Assembly: GCA_951406725.2 (NCBI GenBank)
Contig: OX597817.1
Coordinates: 130,572,001-130,636,000 of the forward strand
Reading direction: 5' to 3'
Source of the DNA: Octopus vulgaris
Taxonomy: Eukaryota
Length of the DNA: 64,000 nt
Made by a program: the position numbers and the translations under genes. Below the pieces are notes generated by a model. The model saw only the letters and a list, made by a program, of their open reading frames with translations, had not been told where the DNA came from and ran no database searches. Each line of letters starts with the position of its first letter. The stretch's first letter is position 1. Below, in pieces: positions 51,872 to 64,000 of the stretch.

Positions 51872-54800
51872 GCTGCTACTTCAAGGAATCTACCTCCTAC
51901 TATTTCCACCGGTCACAAAGGTCGACAAAACCTCAACAAACTATCATCCACACCTCTCACAACTCACACACGCACCTACACACCCACTCAAAACCCCATC
52001 ATTTGCCGTTATTCTCTCCACCATAGATTATGCACTAATAGAGACTGCAAATTCACCCATTTACCTGAGACTAAATGCACTATCCCCACAAACTACAAAA
52101 GCCACCACCATAATACATACTCTATTACAACACCACAACCACCAATATCTCAAACAAGGAATCCCCAAATCTGCCACTATTCGCAGCGAGACAGATTGTG
52201 TTTGCACAGGGATTGTCCCTTTACCCATCTCCTAGGGACTCGTCGGACAAATCATAATAAAAATAAAAACACCTACGACTCATATAGAAATAACCACTCA
52301 TATAAAAATAACCACAACCACAGTTACCTACAGTTCCCTAGACAGGAAACTTCTTCTTCCAATTTTTTAGCTATAATAAATCTAGCAAAAGAACTGGAAA
52401 AAAACATCCAAGCTATCACCCACCACACTCACACCACTGCACATGCCATTAAAAAGCAATCAAATAAACAAAACACCAAAACAATTAAAAACCATCCACT
52501 CTCGCCTCAACATTTTTGCTTAATACCCAATGCATCAGCCCTTCCGCCAATACTCAAAAATGGAAGATAAAATTCCTGGAGGACTGGGTTGATGCCCATC
52601 CAAACCACATCCCTTTCTTCGTCCTCACTGAAACCCATCTTAGTAACCTCTACTTGGAAGCCGAGGTGAAAGTTAAAAATTTCAAAGCCATTCGTGCTGA
52701 CAGAAGAAAGGGTGGGACTGCCATTTATGTTCATGATTCATTCTCAACAGAAGCTATGAACATATTTTCAAATGGATACTGTGAAGCAGTCGCTGTATTC
52801 AGTCAAACCAACAACTTAACAGTAGTTGGGCTCTACAGACCACCCCAAACGCCCCTACCATGCTTCAAGGAATGCCTCAACAACATAAAGTGTTTCATTC
52901 AGCAGTGTCAACCTGACAACATTTTAATGATGGGAGACTTCAACCTTCCCAGGGTTGACTGGTCTACAAACAGTCTTCCGCCAGGTTCTTCTGTCTCAAC
53001 CCCTGACAGGGAGGCAGTGGAATCGCTTCTTGACTTCATGATTTCTTCCTGTCCCAACTGGTGCTCGAACCAACGAGATGTCACAAAAATGTCTTAGACT
53101 TAATTTTCAGCAATCACACTGATACTATCCACAATATTGCAGTGGAGAAAACTCTACTCTCTGATCATGACATGGTTCTCTGTGATCTGAGATTTCACCG
53201 GCCAAAATGCAAAACAAATGTCATCCCTCCTGTTCATCCATTTGACACTATGGATTTCCACAATGCAAACTGGGAAGTGATCAGTAATGATCTTGCACAA
53301 GTCGATTGGTCCTTCATGCACACATACACACCCACTAACATCAAAAACATCAAAAAGTCCTGGCAGTCATTTGTAGACACCATTACGAACATATGTGCAA
53401 AACACACCCCATCAAGATCTGCAAACAAATCTAAGTGTCGAATCCCTAGAAATAGAAAATCTCTCATCAGGAAAATTAAAAGAATTAACAAAAAAATAAA
53501 CAAGCTGAAATACTGTCAACAGCAATATACCAACCTGACTGCCATCTCATAGCTAGAGATTAAAAAACATAAACTCCAAAACAACATGATGTCTATCATC
53601 AATAGTCAGAGAAGAGCTGAAGAGGCCTGGGCCATTGAGAAGATCAAACTCAATCCCAAAGTGTTCTTTTCATTTGCAAAAAAAACACTGAGTCACTGGT
53701 TCTACTGTTGGCCCTCTGATTGATGAAAATGGTACTCTTCAAGACAATTCCAAAACCATGGGAGAGATATTGCAGAAACAATATTGCTCTGTTTTCGACA
53801 ATCCTGATATGACTGATCTGGGCTGTATCAGTGATGTTATTCCCCAATACACTTTATCGGACATAACCTTTGGTGCTCCTGATGTCTTAGCAGCAATAAA
53901 GGAAATGAAGAATAATTCAGCAGTAGGTCCCGATAGGTTCCCTGCTTGTGTCTTGAAGATGTGTCAACACCAACTTGCACCCCCTCTAGCCAATCTTTGG
54001 CGGAACTCACTGGATGCTGGATATATACCAGAAGACCTTCTATCCCAGTCTGTTGTCCCAGTTTTCAAAAAAGGAAACAAATCGCTTGCCATGAATTACC
54101 GTCCAATCTCACTCACCTCTCATATCATTAAGGTATTTGAGAGAGTGCTGAGATCGCGTATGACTCACTTCCTTGAGAGTCATAATATGCTGAACTCCAA
54201 CCAGCATGGATTCTGTAATGGAAGAGATTGTTTGACGCAGCTACTGCATCATTTTGATGACATTTTGAGAGCCTTGGTAGAGTGCTCCAATACTGATGTC
54301 ATCTACCTTGATTTCAGCAAGGCCTTTGACAGGGTTGATCATAAGATCCTTTTGAGAAAGCTGTCCAATATTGGTGTCACTGGAAAGCTGCTGCAGTGGA
54401 TCAAGTGCTTCCTGTCTAACAGAACCCAACATGTAGTCGAAGGAGTCAAATCCAGCCCAGCCAAAGTCAGTAGTGGTGTCCCACAAGGCACTGTGTTGGG
54501 CCCACTTCTCTTCATCATCTATATTAATGATATTACTGACACCATCAAACACAGTAACATCAGAACCTTCGCTGATGATTCCAAGCTCCAGAAGGTCATC
54601 AATGGCGAGGATGACCGAATAAGCCTTCAGTCAGACCTACTGGCTGTTGTCCAATGGGTGGAAAAGAACAACATGTTGCTAAACGAAGACAAATTCGAAC
54701 TGATCCACTTTGGAAGGGAGGACGCTCTGAAACTCCCATAATCCCTTCCTTCTGGAGAAATTCTCATGGTGTCTAACATCATCAGAGACTTGGGAGTAAC

Positions 54801-55275
54801 AGTGGACAACAACATAAGCTGGGCTACACATATAAGCAGCAAAGTTGACATGGCCCGCAGAATGTGTTCCTGGATTCTCAGAACCTTCCAGTCGAGAGAT
54901 TCCCACACCATTATCCTTCTCTTCTCCACTTTTGCCTGACCCCACCTTGAATACTGCTGTCCACTGTGGTCTCCCTACACGAAACAAAATATTATGAGAA
55001 TTGAAGCTCCCCAAAGGTCAGTCACAAAAAAGATAGATGGCATGTCAGACCTCAACTACTGGGGTAGACTAGAGAAGCTGAAACTGTATTCACTCCAACG
55101 ACGCCATGAACGCTACATTATCTGTATGATGTGGAAAATATTCCATCAGCACTGTCCGAATGATGTTGGCATCACCTTCAAAATACATCCAAGGCTTGGA
55201 CCACGTGCCATCTGTCCACAACAAAAATCTAAATCGCATCACATAACGACAATACGGCACAATTATTTCACCTCA
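51402..55275 (+). mobile_element. Third CR1-group LINE (distinct family), disrupted and 3'-truncated
   Basis: ORF1 51494-52570 with polyQ/polyT tracts and two CCCH fingers (CRYSLHHRLCTNRDCKFTH, CHYSQRDRLCLHRDCPFTH); ORF2 pieces with LTETHL, GDFNLP, SDH, YLDFSKAFD, GVPQGTVLGP, FADD and YSLQRRHERY. Confidence 0.93.
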
Positions 55276-56213
55276 ATTGTAAAACGCTGGCATCGTGAAT
55301 TCAAACATGGTCGGAACTTTGTGGAAACAGCTCCCAAATCTGGTCGCCCCCTTCTGCCATTGATGAGGCATCTGTTCGTCAAGTTGAGGCTGCCATTTTG
55401 GAAGATCGACGCATAACTATTCGCCAAATAGCCCATGAGGTCAAGACTAGTACCGGGTCTGTGGAAACTATCATTCATGACCATTTGCATATGGAAAAGG
55501 TGTCTGCCAGATGGATTCCCAGGTTGCTCACACCTTTCCATAAGCAAGAACGCGTCGATTGCGCGAGGATGAATTTGAAGATGTGCCAAGAAGATGAGTC
55601 AAAATTTTTCAAAAGACTGATTACACAGGATGAAACCTGGGTCCATCACTTTGATTCAGAGACCAAAGCTCAGTCAATGCAGTGGAAGCACCGTGACTCA
55701 CCCTCTCCAAAGCAGGCAAGGGTGCAACCCTCCGCTGGCAAGGTCATGCTCACAGTCTTCTGGGACCAGGACGGAGTAGTGATGACAGATTTCCTGGCAA
55801 AGGGTACCACAATTACAGGAGTCTATTATGCTTCACTTTTGAGGAAATTAAGAGAAGCTATCATAATCAAGAGGCGGGGCAAGATCAGCAAAGGCATTCT
55901 CCTGCAGGACAACGCTCCGATCAACAACTCGTGTGTCGCCAGATCAGAAGCACAGGCGTGCGGCTATGAACTGCACCCTCTGATTTTCACCTCTTCCCAG
56001 CCATGAAGTTGTTTTTGAAAGGAAAGCGTTTCCCAGATGATGCAGCCTTGATTTCTGAAGAAAAACGGTCTTCAGAGCTGCATCAAACAATGGGAGAAAT
56101 ACGTAACTCTGGGTGGTTCCTATGTAGAAAAAGACTAATAACTATGTCAAGTTTCGTTGCTCTACTACTATGGGAAGTGGGTCAGGGGCATTACTTATTG
56201 AACGCCTCTCGTA
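55273..56213 (+). mobile_element. mariner transposon (irritans/Hsmar2-like), 5' end missing, 3' TIR present
   Basis: SGRP, WIPRLL, ITQDETW, KVMLTVFWD, QDNAP and DFHLF motifs; ends ggcattacttattgaacgcctctcg-TA. Confidence 0.93.
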
Positions 56214-57928
56214 TGATGCCATATTCCTGGTTCGACAACTGCAGGAGAAATACCTGGCTAAAGATAAACCCCTCTACATAGCTTTCATGGACTTGGAGAA
56301 AGCCATTGACAGGGTCGCCCGATCCCTTATCTTGTGGGCGATGCGAAAACTGGAGATTGATGAATGGTTAATAAGGGCTGTACAGGCCTTATACAGAGAG
56401 GCCATCAGCAAGGTTAGGATTGACAATGAGTATAGTGAAGAATTCCGGGTAGAAGTAGGGGTCCACCAAGGTTGTCCTCAGTCCTCTTTTATTCATCCTA
56501 GTCCTCCAGTCAATAACAGAGGAATTTAAGATGGGTTGCCCCTGGGAGCTCCTCTATGCTGATGACTGGCCCTCATAGCAGTATCACTACCGGAACTAGA
56601 AAAGAAATTGCGAGTGTGGAATCTAGGTTTAGAATCAAAAGGCCTTAAAGTCAATGTAGCAAAGACCAAAGTTCTAGTAAGTAGGAAGTCAAACACACCA
56701 CACACCCATTCAGGTAGGTGGCCCTGCTCAATCTGTAGAAAATGTGTAGGTAGAAACTCCATAAGATGTACCCAGTGTAAGCTATGGACACATAAGAGGT
56801 GCAGCACCATCAAAGGAAAATTAACCGAGAAGATAGCTTTCGTGTGCTTCAGATGCACAGGGCTAATAGACACCATTGATACTCAGAAAACAGATTCCAT
56901 TACACTCCTGGGGGAGAAACTAGAAGTAGTTGATAGTTTCTACTACCTAGGTGACCAAGTTAGTAGCGAGGGTGGATGCTCGGAGAGTGTTACCAGTAGA
57001 ATAAGAATAGCCTGGGCAAAGTTTAGAAAGCTCCTACCCCTACTGGTGACAAAGGATCTCTCGCTCAGAGTGAAAGGTAGATTGTACGATGCATGTATGC
57101 AAACTGTCATGCTTCACGGTTGTGAAACATGGGCTGTGACTGCAGAGGACATGCGTAAGCTTGAAAGAAATGAAGCTAGCATGATCTGCTAGATGTGTAA
57201 TGTCAGTGTGCATACACGACAAAGTGTAAGTGCCCTGAGAGAAATGCTGGACATAAGAAGCATTGGATGTGACGTGCAAGAGAGACGTCTGCGCTGGTAT
57301 GGTCATGTACTATAGATGGATGAGGAGAGATGTGTGAAGAAGTGCCACTCCCAAACAGTTGGGGTAGAGGTAGACATGGGATGAGGTGGTCAAGCATGAC
57401 CTTTGAACATTGGGTTTCACAGAGGCAATGACAAAAGACCGAGACCTCTGGAGATATGCTGTGACTGCGAAGACCCGACAAATAACGTGAGTTCATGGCT
57501 GTTTCCTGCACCAGCTTCACATAGAAGCCCCAGCCCACCCAAAGTGCCCTGGATTGCAGGACAGCCTGCTGGGCTTACCTTGGATCATAAGGCAATTTGC
57601 TGTGCTTGAGGAGACCTATTGAGTCAAGTACATCAACATCAAAAAAATCAAATAGAAATTGCAGTTGTGATACCTGTGCCGGTGGCATGTAGAAAGCACC
57701 ATCCGAATGTGGCCGATGCCAGAGACGCCTTGACTGGCTTCCGTGCCGGTGGCATGTAAAAAGCACTCACTACACTCACGGAGTGGTTGGCGATAGGAAG
57801 GGCATCCAACTGTAGAAACATTGCCAAATCAGACTGGAGCCTGGTGCAGCTTCCTGGCTTCCCGAACCCCGGTCGAACTGTCCAACACATGCTAGCATGG
57901 AAAACGAACATTAAACGATGATGATGAT
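56214..57928 (+). mobile_element. Second large RTE LINE copy (RT, PHD finger, 3' UTR), disrupted
   Basis: Colinear with 37812-39669; (GAT)n tail. Confidence 0.95.
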
Positions 57929-58314
57929 ATACATACATACATATTTATGTTTCTCATACCTCAGCAACAAACTGAATATCTACTGTAAATATCACTTTTC
58001 TCCTGATGAAGGATACATTCTCTGAAAATCAATTTTAAGATTCATTTTCTACTCAGATGAATGAGCCCCAGAAGTGGCCCTTGGAATATTTTCTTTCAAT
58101 ATGTAACCTAAAACTTTTTGTGATGTCTATTATTTTCTCTTCACTATATTTTCAATTCCTGTTTAAAAACGTTTTTATCTATATTCCTGTACTTCATTAT
58201 ATTGTTACTATGTTTATATATTCATATATTTATATGTCCATATGTATTTTTAATATATATTTATATACTTTTAATATATTAATATATGCTTTTTGGGGGA
58301 CAGTTTTTTATCTT

Positions 58315-58345
58315 AATTAAATCCATACACTGTATGGATTTAATT
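58315..58345. repeat. Perfect 14-bp hairpin
   Basis: aattaaatccatac-act-gtatggatttaatt. Confidence 0.8.
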
Positions 58346-61176
58346 GTAGTTCATTGTAGTTTGCCTGACTTGAACTTTTTCCATTTCAGTTATTATACTT
58401 GTCTAATGTCTCAGATTCAACTTGAGCACTTCTATGCTGTCTGTTTCGTGAGAGAAATATAACTATATATATATATATTTGTGTGTGTATATGTATGTAT
58501 ATATGCTCTTTGTAATTTGGGGATTTTTCTCCTTCATTTCTCCTTCCATTAACCTAAGGCCCTACAGTACTCTTAGGTTCTTATATCCCTCATTATTTCT
58601 CAGCAACCTACTGAATGATATCATCTTGTGATAATTTTATACCATCAGAATTTATCAGCTTCCCTTCATACTTAACACAGCATGCTTATTTATCCCAAAT
58701 TGTGTATAGATATCCTTACTCTTCGACTTACAGAGGTCAGAGTTGTTTTTTTTCTTTTTTTTTTTGTATGCAGTTTATGATCAGCCATTTATAGTAGGTG
58801 ATTTTTTTTTGTTTTCACTTTTGTTTGAGCAACATCATAGGCAGGCCTGGATTTTATCGGAATGCTTGTCAGAGGGATTAATGCAATAATGAAAAGCATG
58901 GAGGAAGCATCCCTCCTTGGAACATCACCATGCATATTTTCACATTTCTTAACAATTCATTTTGTTATATTCCCCTCAATCTCAATACCTTTTCAAAAAT
59001 CTATTTATTTTTTCATTAATCCTGATTGCCTTCAGTAGTAAAGAATGTTAGTTTGTGCTCAGCCAACAACTATTTTCTTTTTATTCATACCTTATTTAAT
59101 ATCATTCTATCAGCTTTCTGTTATATTTTCAACATAGATTTTCATTAACAGCCTTTCCAGTTCCTTTACTACTTAGCTTTTCTCTTTTGGTTCCTCTCAA
59201 AGCTGTTAAGGCTCTTTTATTAGTTCATGATTCATTTAGGCATTACTTTTCTCCTGTTTAACATCCCTTACTTCCACAAAGTAAAATTTGTTTTCATCTC
59301 AGCTGTTATTTCTCTGCTGATGATTTATTGGACTACTTTTTAGCATTTAAACTGGTCATATCCAGCCAAAATATTTCTTTATGCTTTATGTTCAACATGA
59401 CCAAATCTGGTCCCTCACCCCTGCTCTACAATGTCATTCTAAAGATAAACTACCACATCATCAAAATCTTGAAGCTACAAGGATAATTCATGATTAATTC
59501 AAAACTGTGAATAAAAATGAATTACATCTGACAAAGTAATCTGAATGCTAAAAGGTTAAATAACAGCAACAACTATTATTTTTATTATTATTACTGTTTA
59601 AGATATTGTTTTATATGAGCTGTTCCAAGTCTCACCCTGAGACTCCAAGTAATAGCAATTTACTTTGGGTATTATTTATGATTAGGAATGATATATAGGA
59701 AACTAGAATCTGAGAACTAAGATATTAAATTTGTATTATTTAAATTTTGAAAGCATTTTAAGAGAATCAGATATTTTAAAGTCAACAATGTCTTTCTTAG
59801 GATGTACGTAGTACTCATGAGAAAAATGTTTTTGTGGTTTTGATACCTTGGGGTTTTCTGGTATTTGGCCATAATGCTTTAAAAGGCACCTTTTGGTATT
59901 GTCCAATGATCACAGCTACACTTGTTCTTAGATGCCACATTTTTGAGACCTTTGTTTCAAGGCCTCTATATCTACTTCTCAAATTTGTTTTACAAGAGTT
60001 TTGCAGACATGTTTCATGAACATGACTTATTTGTTTCATCGAGTCTTGTTAACATTGAATTCTCTTTTCATGTTCTGCTTCTGATATTCTGATATTGGGT
60101 GCGTTTATTTCTGGAACTTGTATATTTGCAGACAAGTCTAACCCTTTCGTTACCAACCTGGCTAAAACTGACTCTGGCTCTGTAGTACAAATGTCTTGTT
60201 TTCATAGGTTTTGAATTATAATCTTCCACCAAACCTTAGTCATTTTTTTTATTGTTGTTGTTGATTTCACTGATGGATCATTATATGATGTTAAAGCTCT
60301 AGGTCACAACAGGTATAGTTAAGGTATTGATTGTTTCATTCTTTTTTTTTTTTTTGCAGTAAATGTGCTCTTTGAGATGGCACTAACTCTACAGTTAGGC
60401 CTCCTTATCCTTCACTACTCTGCTTGTCGCATGGCATTTGTTGCCAGTGATGTAATACAGATGCCAACTGTCCGCAACTAGTGGACTGAGGTGGCACCTT
60501 CATTTGTCAAGCACTTTTCTAAGTATTCTAGTAGTTCCAAGTAGTGTTGTTTTCTGTAAGTTCCCCACCCTGTCGTCGTAGTTGTTAATTTTGGTGCTCA
60601 TAGAACAACTTGGTATCAATGCTACTACAGACATCAATCCTGAAATTGGTGTTGACAAATGAGAGCAAATTCTTTGCATGTATGCTAATGTTGATGTTAT
60701 TGTAGTTTGTTACTTTCTTGATTAATTTGAGGAACTTCAGAGGAAATAGTTCCAGTAACATTTATTGTTAGGAGTGTTGAAGATACTGTTATTTATGAGT
60801 AAGGTAGCAATAACAGTTGCCATTTCTCTATTTCTTCTCCTGACAGAAAATATATCTGCAAGTTTCTTTTAACAAACAGTATATCTCTTTGTCCCATACA
60901 CCTTTATTCAAATCTAAATTGATGATTATAGAATTATTTTTCAAAAATATAACTTTTGGCAGATGGCTTTCTAAAGCCCATTCTACTATTTAAAAAAAAG
61001 TAGTGAGAATTATCTCTTTGGTAGTTGACTGATCATCTCTAGAAAATATTAAAAATTTTGGATGGCCAAAATTTCTAAAATTAAAGCAAATTTTTGTTGG
61101 GTGGTGAAAAAATACAGTGTGATGCTAATTAATAATAATTATATTTCCTTGTTTTCTTTTATTCTTTTCTTTTCAG

Positions 61177-61299
61177 GTAGTTTAGTATTTTCTTATGTGA
61201 TGCTAGATGATACGAATACCTATACCTGTAATAACATGAATCCAAAACAGGTCGCTACAACAGGTGGAGGATGGACAAATTTAACAGTGAACCCAAATG
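61177..61299 (+). CDS. L1CAM/neuroglian-like gene, Ig2 C-terminal part
   Basis: Long pyrimidine tract, ttttcAG acceptor, GTaatt donor, 123 nt, phase 1-1; encodes GSLVFSYVMLDDTNTYTCNNMNPKQVATTGGGWTNLTVNPN (L1-family G.L.FS.V...D..Y.C). Confidence 0.92.
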
Positions 61300-62762
61300 G
61301 TAATTTTGATCTTTGTACTTTCTTTTAGGAAAAGTGAGGTAGGGTCCTATGCCACTTTTATGAAACATGATTCATCCCTCAATATTGACTTAGTCTTTCT
61401 CTCGATTTCTTCTTCTTTTTCTCGTCCATTCTGTTGCCAGTTACACCCACTACCACTACAGTCACCACTAAAGCCACTAATATGCCATCAATCTCATCAT
61501 CATACCATTACGCTTAGCACTACATCATTGCAGCCACTATTGTACCACTACAGTACAACACACGAGCTATACAAATTTCACTATTCAATATCAGTTCCCA
61601 ATTGATTTCTAACATTACTATTGGGTAAAGCCAAATAACAATTTTCTTGAAACTTTCCATTACCTGGAAGATATAGTAGGTAAATCACACCAGTATACAA
61701 TTTCTACTAGCAACAGGATATATATAGAGCAGAGACAATAGGTGCTTTTGTTTAACACAACTCCACACTATCAAAACAGTAACCAGTTCTGAGCCTACAG
61801 TTTTGTGGTTCAAATACTGCTGAAGACGCCACAATGCATAGATAGCTAGGAATCAGTGCAACAAGATATTAGATTATCTTCAGATTGATCTAATATCCAC
61901 ATGTTTGGAGCATAGTGAACTTTGCAAAAGACACCAATGAAGGGCCATCTGGTGATATTGAACTAGGTAATAGTTTAGTTCCATGTTATGTTGATTGAAG
62001 CTCTCTTATCCTTTTATGAGTCCACTTATTCAGTATCATATCTAGTGTAGTTTAATAGATTACAGCAAGATGGGATTTTCATGCTTTTTCACAGGTGAAA
62101 TATTTTTAAAATGTTACATCATATTAATGCTACTGAATATTTTTTGTTAGTATTATCCTGATTAGTATTGAGATGCTGTGACACACTTGTGTAAACCATG
62201 CTTGCAAAGTAACAATAATGACAAAAGTACTTCAGCCATATTTCAGGATACCTGTCTAGGAGGACAGTAACTCTTAAGAACTGATATCAGGTAAAGACTC
62301 TTTGATCCTCCTTGCAATGCAGCAATCTTTGTAGTATCAGTGGCACGATAAAATGCTCCCAGTACACTTTGTAAAGTTATTGGTGAAAAGAAAAGGCATC
62401 CAGTTGTAGAAAACCTGCCAAAGTGAACTGTGCTAGCCAAGCTTGAACTCTACAAGCTGCATCACAAGCTATTTGTTTAGCAGGGTGGCAAATCCAAATA
62501 CAACTAACATAGATTTTGAGGGGCTCCTCTAGTATTGCTCATATAGGACAACCTTTCTAGTGATGGTGGCACAATAAGACACCCTCATTCCACACAGTAA
62601 GGCACAATACCAAAGTTGCCTGGTTTTCTGTTGTGTGTGAAAAATAAAGCCCATCGGTATGGAAAATTAAACATAAGATGATAATGATGATGGTGGTACC
62701 AGTTATTTTTTGTTTGTTTGTGTTCGTTTTTTTTTAATTTTATTTTTCTTTATCACTTGTAG

Positions 62763-62865
62763 CACTTCCAGTAGAAGCTCCTCTTCAAAAGTTGTACACT
62801 ACAGAAAATAATTCTATTGCCATGTTTGGTCGTGAGTTCTTAATTCAGTGTATGTATGGTGGCAT
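62763..62865 (+). CDS. L1CAM/neuroglian-like gene, Ig3 N-terminal part (gene continues beyond the window)
   Basis: cttgtAG acceptor, GTaagt donor, phase 1-2; encodes ALPVEAPLQKLYTTENNSIAMFGREFLIQCMYGG, resembling the neuroglian Ig3 start (..VAL.G....L.CIYGG). Confidence 0.9.
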
Positions 62866-63783
62866 GTAAGTACTACATCTGATGATTTTCTTGCAAAATA
62901 ATTAAAATTCAGTTGAACAGTACCTAATATTTCTTTTTTTATATATATATATATATATTTCAATAAAAAATATCTGACACAACCTACAAGCTACAATTTT
63001 TTTATATATTTCAATAAGAATGTCTGACACTTTGAAGACTAAACCAGAGTGAAAATAAATCATCCGCTATATATATGGTTGACCACAAACTGTATACAAA
63101 ACTGTCCAACCCATGCCAGCATAGAAAACGGATTTTAAATTATGATGACGATGACGTAGCTCCTGCACTGCTAACTGAATGTATCCTTTAAGCTCAGCTA
63201 AATGATTGCTCCATCTTGGAGATGGAGGTAAAGAAAATTATTGCTGCCAAATTGGAAAAAAAGCTGTCATGGACAAATAAGAGGGGTACAACAGGAATGA
63301 AAATAAAATTATTAACAAAATTCAAAATTTATACACTCTTAACACGTATAACATGACAAACATACATAAAAGTGAGTTTTAAAAAAATGCATCCAATTTC
63401 ATGCAAATCATCATTAATTCTGGGACATCCTGTATTTACTCATCCAACTAAATGGGGGAGGGAATACTGGTGGTGGGGACTGATTGCAGGTGGTGAGTGT
63501 AGCTTCCGGATGTAGTCAAACTCAAATGGCTGTGAGTCACAACAGCAGTTAGTTTTTTTGTATGAACATTTTGCATTATTTAATTCAGACAAGGATGACA
63601 TAGAAGGTAGACATTAAAAAATGCGGTTTATCTGCTCCTGGGCCCACATTAGGCAAGACATTGAAAATTTTTTTGGGCCCATGACACTCCATGGATTCTA
63701 TGTAATGCATGTGTAAAATTTCACTAAAATCGGTTGGGTGTATCTCGAGTTTTGATGACATGACAAACACAAACAGACATCTT

Positions 63784-63824
<41 letters not shown>

Positions 63825-64000
63825 CACTCTTAAACTATAGGTCACTGATGCATGTTCAAACAGATTACATTATACAACAAATGCAAATATTAAACTTTTC
63901 ATTTCTTGAGCTGAGTTAGTTCTCTGAACAATCATAACCATAGTAAGAACAACTCATCTCAAACATTTAGATTCTGGTTTGCTGAACAAAATACAACAGT

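Noticed and set aside
52363-52516. Second LINE as independent proof of -1 frameshifting
   Set aside because: Its -1 frame has stops at 52450 and 52465 and there is an alternative AUG at 52443; it is suggestive only
57995-58040. ctgatga...gaaa hammerhead-like string
   Set aside because: No convincing stem III or cleavage triplet, and a weak stem II
63150-63435. Possible Tc1-like right end (…tgggacatcctgTA)
   Set aside because: No matching left TIR or recognisable transposase frame in the window

Overview
Eukaryotic, very AT-rich, microsatellite-laden DNA. The repeat content (tRNA-derived SINEs, RTE and CR1-group LINEs, Penelope-like elements) suggests an octopus/cephalopod genome; this is an inference and was not searched. 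The ORF track misses the one host gene. It is a + strand L1CAM/neuroglian-like Ig-superfamily gene, assembled by hand from 7 phase-compatible exons between 18876 and 62865: signal peptide, a 12-nt micro-exon, Ig1, Ig2 and the start of Ig3. It continues beyond the window. Its 25.3-kb intron splitting Ig2 (35905-61176) holds a ~21.6-kb stack of mobile elements: two RTE LINE copies with a PHD finger inside ORF2, two Penelope-like elements each followed by a hammerhead motif, three CR1-group LINE copies (two with CCCH-finger ORF1s) and a mariner fragment. Elsewhere are an R4/Dong-type LINE relic, many SINEs and MITEs, another hammerhead, and a tRNA-Tyr-derived element. The best leads for undescribed biology are a tandemly amplified 26-nt H-type pseudoknot module in the RTE 3' UTR, a probable -1 frameshift linking ORF1 and ORF2 of a LINE whose ORF1 has a Myb/SANT-like domain, and the L1-type micro-exon. 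All long Y/I/M/H-rich ORFs are microsatellite artefacts.
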